A stretch of 63,740 bases of DNA, filler included, from Globobulimina sp. (GCA_003354225.1; 25 parts of 25 records of this genome joined end to end with filler, not necessarily neighbours in it); one strand, 5' to 3'; positions 1 through 12,778 are shown, counted from the first letter of the whole stretch. Numbers and translations: made by a program. Notes: generated by a model not told the origin, from the letters alone.

Positions 1-10
1 AATTGTATTT

Positions 11-154
11 ATGATGAGTGAATGTAACAAAATTTGTTTTGTGGGAGAAACGATTCAAAACAATAACAAAAAAAGCCTCTGCCAAGCCATAATACATTGC
101 ACCAAGGTTTGAGTCAGGTGATCTTTAATTTGTGGCATGGCTGTTTGTTGATTG
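11..154. repeat. Left arm of an inverted repeat pairing with 2326-2456
   Basis: 11-66 is the exact reverse complement of 2401-2456 (56 bp). Gapped similarity continues inward (117-154 vs 2326-2362). Confidence 0.92.
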
Positions 155-260
155 CTGGTGTAAATGTAAAATCAAAAAGTTTTCAGCAGTGACCTAGTCA
201 GCTTTAAAACCCATATTTATAACAAAATAAAATAAAAAATATAATACTGTACATGTAATA

Positions 261-2204
261 TTAAAATTGGTCATAACCAGCTTTTAAAATTTTATTCCTT
301 CTCAAGACCCAAATACTAATCACGCAGACAACAACAAACAATGCAACACCTACACCAATTGCGATATAAACCCATTGTTCCCATTTATTCGATTCAGATT
401 GAGCACAATTTCCATAATCAGGTTCCTTATATTCCTTAAATCCCATTGGTACTTCCACAATACCTTCAGCTAAATAGCCGGACCCTGCAGATCCACCACA
501 TTGTTGATGTAGAAATTGAGGATGATTCTCTCCATCATATTGTACAAATTCTTGATAATATTGCAATGCTTCTTTTTCTGTGACATTTAAAAATACAGAA
601 CTATAATCCACATAACCCTGTGATATATTGCCTGATGCCCATCCATAGGATGCTGCCTTGACCCAAAAATCATTGATATCAACTTCTAAAAATTGAGAAG
701 TACATCGCCCCAAAACTGGAGCAGGGTAAACGTAAGCAAATGACAGACACATTTCGTCAAAGGTTGATTGTCCACCAAATACCAGATCAGATAGATTTGC
801 TTCGACCGTGTTATATTCACACTCCATAATCAACTCATCCCCGGGTAATACATGAATTTCTTGCTCTAAATTCCAAAGTTGCTGATAATCAAAATCATAA
901 TGTTGATTTTCATCAATATACGGCAATTCCACTCCGTCTCTGATATGTCTTAATTTCAATGCTATTCCTTTTGTATGGGCATGCAACAAATTTGCAAAAA
1001 TATGGATACCGTCGTCCGGCAAATATGAAGAAGTACAGAATGATGTACAGTGTGCACTCAATGTCACAGATTCGATATTTGGTGGAATAAATATATTCTT
1101 TGGGTTACTTGGCATTGCCGGCCAGATCATAGCGGCTTCATTCTCCCTTAATTCTGAAGTAAACCATATGCGAATACCAGACGAATCCACAATATCTGAG
1201 CGATATTGCGGATTTGTATAATGTACATCGTAAACAATATATTGTAGATTAGAATCGCCACTCATTGGTAATCCAACATGCGGTGGGAAGTAATAATTAT
1301 TTCCTCCAACAGCCCATGCGAACAAATTATTTCCTCCGTAACAATTGGATATATTGGACGGCATATTGGCCCATTCATTGCATATTTCGCCGGTTCCAAC
1401 CTCAGCTTCAATGACATGCTCTGACGGACAGGACTGGAACGAAAAATGATGGACAATTCCTTCGTTTACTGGCTCGACTAAAGGATCTATGCGGATTATA
1501 TGCTGTGTTTGGTTGAATACCGGTAATTTAAATAATTGACAGTAATATGTAGTATGATGGTCAAATGGCACAGAATAATTTGTCAAAGTGATATCAATAT
1601 ATGACGCATTTCCCATATCTATATCTCGATCATTTTCGCCTTTCAATAGATTCACTGATTCAGAACCTCTGTTTTGATTGTTATGCGGATCAATAATCCA
1701 ATCATTATCTGATTCTGTTGGCGTATTATCGCTCCATGCAAAAATTACTCGTGCTGTGCCAATTGGAATTTGAACGGAATTGTCATTGCATGGGAATATC
1801 AATCGTGTGAAATGCAAATAGGTTTTGGTGTTATTCGTCCAGCCTTCAATTAATTTTATATTTTCATTGTTATTTCCCATTAATTGTGGTGTTGCGCGAT
1901 TATTTCCAGTGTAACGATTCTGTAGAAAGACCTCTCCATTTACATCATCGATCCATCCCATTATAATATCAGAATTGATCATAAATCCATTCGTTGAAAT
2001 ACCAAAAGCAACCCAGCCAATGGTATTGACTTCTAATCCAACTTCAATTTCATCTCCTTCCTGCAATGTAGTCCAATACAATCGATATTGTCCATTGCCG
2101 TCGACATACGTTGAATGATCAAAGTGTTCTTCCCATGGTGCATAATTTGCATTTGATATGGTGAGTAGCAGGGAAAAAAAACAGATCACTGCTAAAGAAC
2201 TCAT
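261..2204 (-). CDS. DBH/MOXD1-like copper type II ascorbate-dependent monooxygenase (signal peptide, DOMON, Cu2-monooxygenase N and C domains, C-terminal TM)
   Basis: Intronless ORF. DOMON motif GWVAFGIS..M..SDIIMGW. Copper ligands VHH, DVHY, LHAH and DEMC. YDFDYQ motif. Hydrophobic N and C termini. ATG at 2204. Confidence 0.92.
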   Translation of the reverse strand: MSSLAVICFFSLLLTISNANYAPWEEHFDHSTYVDGNGQYRLYWTTLQEGDEIEVGLEVNTIGWVAFGISTNGFMINSDIIMGWIDDVNGEVFLQNRYTGNNRATPQLMGNNNENIKLIEGWTNNTKTYLHFTRLIFPCNDNSVQIPIGTARVIFAWSDNTPTESDNDWIIDPHNNQNRGSESVNLLKGENDRDIDMGNASYIDITLTNYSVPFDHHTTYYCQLFKLPVFNQTQHIIRIDPLVEPVNEGIVHHFSFQSCPSEHVIEAEVGTGEICNEWANMPSNISNCYGGNNLFAWAVGGNNYYFPPHVGLPMSGDSNLQYIVYDVHYTNPQYRSDIVDSSGIRIWFTSELRENEAAMIWPAMPSNPKNIFIPPNIESVTLSAHCTSFCTSSYLPDDGIHIFANLLHAHTKGIALKLRHIRDGVELPYIDENQHYDFDYQQLWNLEQEIHVLPGDELIMECEYNTVEANLSDLVFGGQSTFDEMCLSFAYVYPAPVLGRCTSQFLEVDINDFWVKAASYGWASGNISQGYVDYSSVFLNVTEKEALQYYQEFVQYDGENHPQFLHQQCGGSAGSGYLAEGIVEVPMGFKEYKEPDYGNCAQSESNKWEQWVYIAIGVGVALFVVVCVISIWVLRRNKILKAGYDQF

Positions 2205-2325
2205 TATGGAGTGCACGGTTTTTTTACAGTTTTCAAAACAAAGATAATAATCAGAAGAAAAATAAATTTTGTCAAATATTGTAAACTGAAAAACATTAGG
2301 GATACGTGATGTCGTGAAACGATAC

Positions 2326-2456
2326 CAATCAACAAACAGCCATCTTACAATTAAAGATCACCATTATGTCTTGGCATACATAGGCTTTCTTGATCGTATT
2401 TTATTGTTTTGAATCGTTTCTCCCACAAAACAAATTTTGTTACATTCACTCATCAT
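2326..2456. repeat. Right arm of an inverted repeat pairing with 11-154
   Basis: Reverse complement of the contig start. Runs to the contig end. Confidence 0.92.
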
Positions 2457-2556
2457 NNNNNNNNNNNNNNNNNNNNNNNNNNNNNNNNNNNNNNNNNNNN
2501 TTAATTAATTAANNNNNNNNNNNNNNNNNNNNNNNNNNNNNNNNNNNNNNNNNNNN
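2457..2556. other. Artificial contig linker (N44-TTAATTAATTAA-N44), first of 24 identical linkers
   Basis: The same N-run plus six-frame-stop 12-mer recurs about every 2555 nt. Contig lengths fall steadily from 2456 to 2452 bp. Confidence 0.98.
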
Positions 2557-5012
2557 GTTTCTTTAATTTCTTATCCACAAATTCTAAAAACATCTGTGCT
2601 ATTTCTAACGAACCCTGATTCGCCAACAAATTGGCATATTTGCAAAATATACCACTCAATGCAGCTTCGCCTACATTATACGTCTGTTTTTGCGCAGATA
2701 ATGATTTCTGAACATAAGGTGTATTCACATAGACCAATGCTTTCGTTATACATGAATTTAACACCAAATCGGTGGCTTTTTTATGGTCAGATATATTCCA
2801 TATCGTTATCAATGAGGAGATATTATGCGAACATAAAAAACATGCTATCGCACCTTGTAAATCATGCACACTTTCAACTATCCTCTGTCCCAATAAATTG
2901 CATAACTCATTAAACTCGTCACCTTACAACACAAAACAGTTAAAATGTATCAAAAGTAAGCAACGTTGACATTTTGGCATGTACGCCATGCTTCAGCTCA
3001 ATGTTTTCACTCAAAACCTTAAAACAATGTCAGCTGAAAACATGGCACACACTCTCGAACAAAATACCTGTTGTAAACGTCAATAAAATGGCCAAGGTCT
3101 CCTTCCACTTTTGCAAGTCTGAATTGACCACTAATTTATAATAATCACGCTCCGCAATGTATGAAAAGGTAGACGCTATAAACTGCTGTGGGTGTTGTTT
3201 GAAATATGATTTTTTAACCACATCCCATAAATCCTTATTCTCCCCTTCGTCTTTCCCATAATACGCAAACACCAACGCATCGGCAATATTGCCCGCATCC
3301 AATGATAACTCAATCGCCAACCTATAATTGCCAGTGATTATGGCATGGCGTACAGTATCATCCACATTGCGCGGCATCTCAAATCTGCGTTCAATACGCT
3401 CTGTTTTTTTTTGTCGCTCATCGGGTTTGTGGATGATTTTAAACTCTTCCGTGGATTTTTTGTGTGCCAGGTTCGGCGACTTCGGTTTCGACGATAATGT
3501 ATTAAAAAAATCCTCCGCATCCGTGTCAGAATCGTGATCATCTCCAAACAGATTATGATCGCTGGACTCGTTGTTTGTATCCACTGTTAAAGGCTGCTTT
3601 GCCGTTTCTTGCATATTGCGTTGTTTTTGCAATTCTTTTTTTTCAAAACCGAGATATTTTATGATATCATCTCTGCAGTTTCCTTCATGGAAAAACAATT
3701 GAATCATTTCCCAGATTTGAATCTCAAATTCAACCTCAGATTTATTGATATTCCCTATAGCCACAAATGGCTGTTTCTGCTCCTCTTCTTCGTCACTTTC
3801 AGATTCAGAGATTCCTAATTCAGACAATATATCCTTATCACTCTCCACATTCACCTTTCAATTCAACAAAAAAAATAAAAAAAATGCCAAAAAAAGCGTA
3901 TTCCACACCTTCTCTTTGTGCGTATCGACCGCTTTCAACGTCAAACTCCGCAAACTCTTCAATTTATTCTCAGTAAACAGCATCAAATCCTTCGGCGTGG
4001 ACAGCGAATTCAACGTCTTTTTAAACTGCTTTGCGCGGGCGATCATCGCTTGCGATTTGGGCAGAAACGCCACATTGATCTCTGGCGGCACTTTTAATTT
4101 CCGCTTGGTCTTTGCCGGCGTATTGGCGCTGCCGCCACTGTCGCTCTTCAAGTTGCTGCTCGATGTGGACGCAGATATAACGTATTCATTGCCAAACGAC
4201 ACCACTTTGCCGCCAAAGCCGAACTTGGCGCCACATTTTTTGTTCAGCCATTTGGGGCAATACTTGACCCCGAAATAATTCACATTGTACAGCGAGATTT
4301 TCTCCGTGCTCATGGTGGCCAGTACGCCGCCACGGTTGTTATTCCATTCAATTTTCAACTTCGGATCCTTATTAAATGAAAATTGATGGATCAATTTGCC
4401 ATTATTGCCGTTCCAAATGTTGCCTAAACACACATCATTGTCGTATTCGTGCGAAGTCAACAACAAATTGCCGTCGATGTTATTCCACGACAAATCTAAT
4501 ATGCTCCCATGAGTGTTTTGCGTGTGGTCTCGTAGATACATTTTGGGAGATTTGGGCTGTTTCAAGTCCCAAATCTCGGCCTCGCCCTTCACGTAACACA
4601 CGGCGAGTTGCCGCGCCTTGCACGGATTCCACGAAATGGCCACCGCTTTGTCGATATTCTTGGACTCGAAGGTCAGCGCAACTTTTTTGTTGCGCAAGTC
4701 GTAGATTTGCGTTTGGCCCACACAGTTGGACACGGCCAAGATGTATGAAACGTTGTTGTTCCATGCCAAGGCCGTCGAGTATTTGGGGTACGACGACATT
4801 GTGTTGGAGGACGTGTGCCGTTTGCCAGTGGGCGGCTGCTGCGCGAAGGGCTTGGACACATTGGTCAAGTCCCAGATGTATAGCCTGTGAGTGTGATGAT
4901 GTGTGGCTGTGGCCTTGCTATCCTTGCACGTCATAACGGTGTATATTGCTTAACTTTTCGCCCACATCGCACGTGGCGAGGAACGTGTTTTGCGACACGG
5001 TGGGATTGAACT
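2557..5012 (-). CDS. SEC31: COPII outer coat protein Sec31, internal fragment, spliced
   Basis: WD40 repeats, then PKWL..KCGAKFGFGGKVV, ADALVFA, WKETLAILLTF, GAIACFLCS and YANLLANQG. GT-AG introns join the three ORF pieces. Confidence 0.92.
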
Positions 5013-5489
5013 NNNNNNNNNNNNNNNNNNNNNNNNNNNNNNNNNNNNNNNNNNNNTTAATTAATTAANNNNNNNNNNNNNNNNNNNNNNNNNNNNNNNN
5101 NNNNNNNNNNNNGATCTTTAACTTTAAAACTTTATTCACTTCCTCGTAGTAGAAATGGTGTTAATATTTGCATACCCTTTTTTATAATATTATATGCATA
5201 ATATTACTCTCCGTAATATTTCGCATCTGTAATATTAAATATTATAAAATCAGACTTTTTAAAGTTGAAAACATCTTTTGAGAAATCAATCAACAAAAAC
5301 CATTTCACAGGAAGCAAAAATTAAATTAATTGGGTTTGCAAAGAGAACACAAACTGTACAATTGAAAGATGACAAAAAAATTTGAAAACCCAACATGACT
5401 ACTAATATTTAACAGTAGTCATGACCCAATGCAAACTTTATATTTTTTTTTATTATTTTTGTTTTAATGGCCTCAATTTAGCACTATAG

Positions 5490-7568
5490 CTAGTCTTGAA
5501 AAGCTTTTTGTGTTTCGGCCTCATTTTCTTCTTCTTTTGCAGCATCATTTTCTTCTTCTCGTCCAACAGAACCATAAACAGGTCCTTTATCATTACTTTT
5601 TGATATTTTTTCCATCTCCAACTCATCTCCACTTTTTTTAATTGAATTAATTTCCAAATCAATCTCCAAATCTCGATCAGACTGCAAATCTTCTTGAATC
5701 GCAGCACAGCAACAACAAACCGCCCAGCTACAAATATCAAATAACACCATCGACGAATCGATTTTGTAATATAACTTAATATTTCCTCGATTGATGCAGC
5801 ATACTATCATATAAAATAAATAAAAGGCCAACCCCATCTGCAAAATAAAAAGAAAATGGTAAAAAACCAAAATATCCAATACGCAGAAATCCATAAATGT
5901 TTCCAATAATTATCTTCAAAATGTGTATCAGAAGTATTGTTTGTATGTTTAATCATTTTCAATCGTGTTCTCATTTGAAAGTATGGCGGACATAACAGCG
6001 CAAACACAACAATCGGAAACTTCTTCACACATTCAAATAAGTCATGTGTCCAATACACCAGGTCCTCCACAACAATATATCCCTTATGAATGCATAAGGT
6101 TTTGTAAGTAGCCAATACTTCAAACAATAAAACCACACAAAAGGGCAAGGCAGCCACCAGAGAGGCGGTCTGCAGTGCAGTTAAGGCGGTGCTTCCCCCG
6201 CCGCCCGATGCCAATAATACCGCTGCTAATACACCTTCCGAGACCGCCCAGAATGTCCGTTGTATTTTCGGCGGCGAGGGGTTGCCGCCAGCCGTTAAGA
6301 TATCGATTACATGCGAGGCAGAGTCGGATGACGTTATGAAATACATTAACATCGCGATAATGGACAACACCGAGATTAAATTTGCTAATGGCAAGGTGTT
6401 GTAGGCCGCAAATAGCATATCTTGCGTAGTGGTATAACACGACAATCGCACGATTTTATGCCCTTCGTATTCAGAAAACCACTCACTTTCATCATATGCA
6501 TTGCCATCCAAATCAGCACATTCCACGCCATTTTGTATTGAGCCTAATTCGTTGTATAAGCCAACGCCGCCATACACCGCAAACCAAATACATGTCATTA
6601 GGGTCGGAACCATCATGTTTCCAATGATAAACTCTCGAATTGTTCGACCGCGCGAGATTTGAGCTATAAAAATACCGACAAATGGCGCCCAAGCAATCCA
6701 CCTATCGAATGAATTGCAATTATATACAACAAATAATACGTATACGAACATACCATGCCCAATAAAATACAGTCCAGCCCGCATGTGTTGAATGTCAGTT
6801 CTATTATCCATTGGAAATGATAACCAACCGCTTGGACGAATAAATTAAGGATAAAAAAATGATCCAATACGAGGAACATGTAAAATAAATTAATGAATGA
6901 AAAACTAAAATTTACCTCCGATAGTCGCCGAATTCCGTAATCTAAGCCAGTCAGCACCGATAATGTGGCAAATGCGGTGATGACGAACATTGTAATTAAT
7001 TGATTGGTCAAATTGTCCTCGATTCCAAACACATACTTTAATCCGGCAATGATTGCTAATGTACCAAAACCTAAACTGGTGGCCACACCAAACATTGTTC
7101 CGATGACTGAGGTTAAGTCAATTAAACAGCCAATAAAACCATTGGCGTACTTCTCGCCAATCAGCGACATCAAACACACACTCTCTCTCAGCGGCTCATT
7201 TAATACATGATGGTGGTATGCCAACGGCAATGCGGCTGCGCAGTAACAGGCTGACGCTGTAAACCCCTTATTATTGAATAGAATAATTAATTCATTTGCA
7301 GTCGATATTAATATATTACATACCCAATGGAACCAAGTGATATTTAATGCTTCCATGGCTTGCTGGTTTGTAGTTAAATGGTACCATCGCGAAGAGCCGC
7401 TTTGCATAGTATCCAAATGATAGACTGGTTCATAAATACCAAAGAAATACAATCCAGTCCCCAGACCTGCACTGAATAACATGCTAAACCAAGTGAATAA
7501 GGGATATTTAGGTGGTTCGTCTTCTGGCCCTAACTTAATATCTCCAAAAACGGAGAACATGAAATATA
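5490..7568 (-). CDS. BCCT-family betaine/carnitine/choline transporter with a Cys-rich PLAC8-like tail. 5'-partial, spliced, two apparent frameshifts
   Basis: Motifs FGDIKLG, WFSMLFSAGLG, FHWG (after intron 7267-7323), [46 protein letters not shown] (intron 6702-6753) and YFITSSDS. Confidence 0.9.
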
Positions 7569-7668
7569 NNNNNNNNNNNNNNNNNNNNNNNNNNNNNNNN
7601 NNNNNNNNNNNNTTAATTAATTAANNNNNNNNNNNNNNNNNNNNNNNNNNNNNNNNNNNNNNNNNNNN

Positions 7669-8563
7669 AAATGACTGTGTATGTTGCGCATCAAACAAAA
7701 GTTGATAAAGAAGGTTGCCGTCAAAACATATCAAGCCATGACTGTCTGAATAAATATATTCGCGGTAACCCTCTGGCAAACTGCTCGGATAAAATGAATG
7801 ATGATAATTTCCAAACTGCATATATTATTATCTACGTAATGAGCTACCAACAAATTATAAAATATTACAGTACCCTAAGCCATGTGTTGTGCGGCACGAA
7901 TGTTTCAAAGGTCATGATTTGTTGACAGCTGTTATTGAGTTCAATTGTGGGGAAATATGACATGGTCGCACCATCATTGATGATTGCTGAATAACTCTGA
8001 GATTTGTGCGTAAAAACACGACTCAAATTGTCAGAAAGATATGAAGGAACTGGGATATTCTCAACAAAACAGACGTTTTTGAGATTTGTACGTTTGGCAA
8101 TAGGTCGAGATTTGAATAATATGGACTTATCTTGTTTGAAATCGATATATTGCAATGTGTGGTTGCATCCATACTGAGTGGTAGTTGAGAGAATAATTTT
8201 TATTTCACCAACAATGTAATAATATTTCATAACCATTTGAATAATGGATAATGGCACAATTTGCTGAAAGGCGGCATGTTGTTCAATTGCGCGAATGTAC
8301 GCAAATACTAAAAGTTCATTCATTGATTCCAATAATTCTGGTTTATTGCCATTGGACTTATTTGAGGTTGTTTGTTGAGGCCAAATTTCAATTTCATCCA
8401 TAAAATAAACGTGCATTCCGCTGTCAGATTGTAATCTAATTTTGATTTGATTTCGCTTGTTATCAACATCCGCAATTGTACCAACATGCAAATGTGATGC
8501 GGGATCAGTGGTATCTTCTGGGTCTGAATTGAATTCCACTTCATGTCCCACAAAAGCTTCCAT
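7669..8563 (-). CDS. Hypothetical protein, probably spliced at its 3' end
   Basis: 232-aa ORF with an ATG start and the helical motif LLVFAYIR...VPLSIIQMVMKYY. Confidence 0.55.
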
Positions 8564-8613
8564 TTAACGATGATTAGAATGTGGTGAGCACTTCAAAAAA
8601 CTTAGTACTTTGC

Positions 8614-10123
8614 ATGTCAAACATGATGCAACTGCAACAAGAAAATAAAGTTTCTATTTTTGAAGAGCTATCGGAAGATGAGTTGGATGACATGCACAGC
8701 GATAAAAATGTACCCAAATTCAAAATAGTGGTTGGTATTGATTTTGGTACAGATTCATCAGCATTGGCTTATGGTATCCTTGAAAGCGGTGGAAAAGGAA
8801 CAGTGTATATTCATAATTTATGGACAGATGTTAAACTTACACAAAAACCCAAAACAGCTGTTCTTTTTGATGATCGCGGACAACTACAAACCATCGGCAA
8901 TCGTGCTGTTTCGCAATACATTAATGCATTACATAAAGATGGATGGAGACTATTTGAAAGATTCAAAATGAGTTTATACGGTCTCACACAACAAACGCAT
9001 ACTGACTGCAATGATGAAAAGTGTTCAAACGAACTGGCGTTTATAACATATTTACAATATTTAAAATCTGAAGCAATGAAATTTATTCGTCACATCGAGA
9101 AAAAAATATTTTTGAAACAAAAAACAGTAATCAATGATGATGAAATCAAATGGATTTTAGCAGTTCCTTCCAATTTGAATGAAAAGAGCAGAGAAAAAAT
9201 AAAAAGCTATGCAATTAAAGCTGGACTCACTAAGCCTCAAAGCGATAACGCATACATTTCAGATCAATTTGAAATTGTCACAGAAGTGGATTGTGCTGCA
9301 TTGTCCATTCAAAACGCTGCAGTGAGAAATGTTGAGCCAGAACAACATGGCCATAAACATAAAACATTATACATTCATGAACCACGAATTGACATCAACA
9401 CCAATTTGAGTAAAGGCGATAAATATATATTATTAGATGTGGGCGGCGGAGCGTGTAATGTGGCGTATCATGAAGTAACCGGAGACTTTTCTGTCAAGGA
9501 ACTAATACGTTCAACCACAGGTACTCAGTGTCTCATATTCTAAAATAATATGGAAATGATATCATTTTTACTGTACATGTTTAGAAGGAACATGCGGTGC
9601 GACGCGAATTGATGATCACTTTGAATTGATGCTAGAGACTGTATTTGATAAAGAATGGATGCGGGAATTTAAAATTAGTGACCCTGCGATGTATAAGCTT
9701 CAATTGCAAAATTTTACAGCAAAGGCTAAGATTTCATTTGATGGCAGAATGGATGGAAATAATTATAATGCACAATATGATGAGGTGACAATGGTGAGGA
9801 AATTTATTGGATTTGTTTCACAGAAAATTGAAAGTGAACATGAACATAGTTTCGATGATGAAGAAACAGCGTTAAATTCGTTTTTAGCAACACAGTGTCA
9901 AACCTTTTTTGAGGAGAAGGATCTGATACAAATATATGAATTGAATGGTTTTTTTACAATGAAAATGCATATAAAACTGTGGGAGATGTTATTCAATGTG
10001 GTAATTGATAGAATAATTGGGCATTGTAAGAAAATATTGGATGTTAAGTCTGGCATTTTGGGTAAATGTGATTTTATATTCATTGTGGGTGGTTTCGCGA
10101 ATTCCGTTTATTTCCAACATAGA
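8614..10123 (+). CDS. Divergent Hsp70-superfamily (HSPA12-like) ATPase, 3'-partial
   Basis: Motifs VVGIDFGTD, LFERFKMSL, KWILAVP, LLDVGGG and FIVGGFANS.Y. GT-AG intron near 9521-9588. Confidence 0.85.
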
Positions 10124-10444
10124 NNNNNNNNNNNNNNNNNNNNNNNNNNNNNNNNNNNNNNNNNNNNTTAATTAATTAANNNNNNNNNNNNNNNNNNNNN
10201 NNNNNNNNNNNNNNNNNNNNNNNGAAACCATTGTTATTTAATTCAAATTATTTGATAAAGATGAAGAAATACTTGAAATGTATCCCGGGTATAATGAAAC
10301 ACAAATATGTAGTTATTCATCCCATTACTAGTAGGGGGTTGTTCTTATATTGCCAGTGAAGTAACATAATCATGAAATAAGTATCAAACGTCGACAGACA
10401 ACAACTTCATACTAAAACAATACAAGAATAGTTATTTATTAATT

Positions 10445-12375
10445 TTAATCAACATCAACTTCTTCCACTTGTTCAGTTACATCCTCCTCCTCTTCCTCCT
10501 CCTCATCATCATCATCATTCTCAATACTTGAGACTCTCTCTGCTGTTTCATTATCACTCTCATCCTCTGACTCACTATCCGTTGCACTCCCAATTTGATC
10601 CGATTCTGTACTAAGACTTTCTTCCTCATCCTCATCCTCATCATCCTCATCATCCATATCTGCGAACCTTACACCGCGTCTACAACAAACACAAATAAAA
10701 TGCCCTCCGTTTTTATAAAAACACATAAAAACACAAACCTTCTGTGATACACTCGTTGTTCCACTTGACTGCTTTCCTCCTGTTCTGGCTCATCATCATC
10801 ATCCTCATCCTCTTCTTCATCCTCTTCTTCATCCTCTTCTTCTTCCTCATCCTCATCCTCATCCTCCTCCTCATCCTCCTCCTCATCCTCTTCATCATAT
10901 GTCTTATTTGACTCATTGCTATTCGAATAGTCCGATTTTATGGAACCTCTCCTTTGTGAAACATCACTGTGTGCCGATATGTGTTGCAATGTTAACCTCG
11001 GCACCAAAATGCGTCCATCTTTTCTGCGCTTACTATGTTTCATTTTATATCTCGCCGCTTCCTCATTCTGTTTATCATCACAATCATCCACATTCTCTGC
11101 ACATTTATCATCCAATTCATGCTTAATTTTATCCTTTCGTTTTTTACCGTATTTCCCATCATATTCCCTGGCGTTTCCACTCATTGCATTGCGTGGAAAC
11201 ACTCCGCAAAATGAGGGATGATCATAACTCATATATGACGGCAATATCACCTGTGATAATTCACTCATATTTGGATGGCTTAAATCATTCATTGTGTCAT
11301 CATCAGACTCACCATCCACATCACCATCGCCATCATCATCCGATTCGTGATTCGAATCATTGTTAATTTTATTATTTTTGTGTGTGAATGTATTAAAGTT
11401 AAGAGTTGGCAATAAATTGTTGGGCGAATGGTAATTATGCATCATATATTGATTAAAAGTACAAATCAAACAACATTCCAACACATAATGGGATATTTTA
11501 TATTGTTGCTCTAATTTGCTGGCCTCGTGATAGTACCATCCGACATTGGTACTGCATCGCTTACAAAACACGTCAGAGACCACATGCATACCGGTATGCA
11601 ATTTGCGCGTGGCTTTGGGTCCAATGTCGATATTAAATACGGATTGGATGAGGAAGGAGGGACCAGTACGACCATGAAAATTTTCATCCATTACCAATGA
11701 TTTTTTGGTTAAATGCATTCCACAGCGAATACAACAATATATTTCAGCGCCATCAATGGCCAAATTGTTATTGGTTTCAGTTTGTTTTTGGTTTCGTTGT
11801 TTGTCTTGAAATATTTTGGAGAATATTTTATAATTTCGTGTATTGTCATTGTAGGCGATATCATCTAAAACTGATTTATAGTCATTGTAATTCAAACTGT
11901 TGCAATCGATATCTATTATCATATTGCAATTGGTTGCATCATTCGTATTATCGGTTAGGTTGTCCATATTGTGGTTGCTTTCTGTGATCATATTGTCGTT
12001 GTTGTTGTCGTTGTCGTCGTCGATTTCTGTTTTGATGTCATTGTTATTGTTGTTGTTGGAATCAGTGTTTGTTGCGGATGAAGTTGAAGGACCATCGTAA
12101 TTCAATAGATTTATAGCGTATTTATTTAATTCATAGTAATAATTTAATTGATTGTCTAATTCGTCAGTTAATATGGTGGAATTTTGATTGTTAAATGAGG
12201 ATTGATGGTTGTTATTAGTTTCAAAATATTTTCGATTTAATTTTTTTTGGTATTTTGTTAATTGTTTTAGTTTATTTTTACAACAAGTTCGAAAGTGTTG
12301 ATATAATTTCTTTTGATGATAACCAAGGAATAACTCATCTTCTTCGCCAAGATCTATTTTAAATAGCTTACCCAT
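10445..12375 (-). CDS. Yippee-domain protein with Asn-rich and Asp/Glu-rich extensions
   Basis: YCCIRCGMHL, NFHGRTG, RKLHTGMHVVSDVFCKRCSTNVGWYY..A....QQYK. An intron near 10668-10738 links to the acidic last exon. Confidence 0.85.
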
Positions 12376-12778
12376 TTATAATAAAGCTAGAAATTAAAGG
12401 ACTCAAAGAAAAATAGGTGAAAAGGTTCTCACTGCAGTCTGAAAAACTTTTAGGAGATAAATCTTTGTCTACGTCGTTAGATGACATCGTTTCCATACTT
12501 TCCATTTATGATTTATTATATTGGTTTACTAGTAGAACCAATGAAAATAAATAAACAATTTAAACATGAATTTATATGTGGTTTGAGAGTGCAATGATAC
12601 AATAATTATTATTAAAAAAAAAAGAAAATCATTGTCCATTAGAAGAAAATCCTTCGATCATTAAAAAACTAATTGGAGNNNNNNNNNNNNNNNNNNNNNN
12701 NNNNNNNNNNNNNNNNNNNNNNTTAATTAATTAANNNNNNNNNNNNNNNNNNNNNNNNNNNNNNNNNNNNNNNNNNNN

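Noticed and set aside
3745-4936. Plus-strand ORFs opposite Sec31, and similar antisense ORFs over clathrin, CBP80, CNNM and the transporters
   Set aside because: These are shadow frames of well-supported genes with no recognisable motifs.
5394-5423. 10-bp-arm hairpin after the BCCT gene, and an 8-bp palindrome near 23067-23083
   Set aside because: Short enough to arise by chance in 60 kb, with no other support.
3852-10745. 6-bp repeats at other intron junctions (AAGGTG in Sec31, AAGGTT in the Yippee gene)
   Set aside because: Explained by the common AG|GT protosplice consensus. No TIRs were seen in these short introns.
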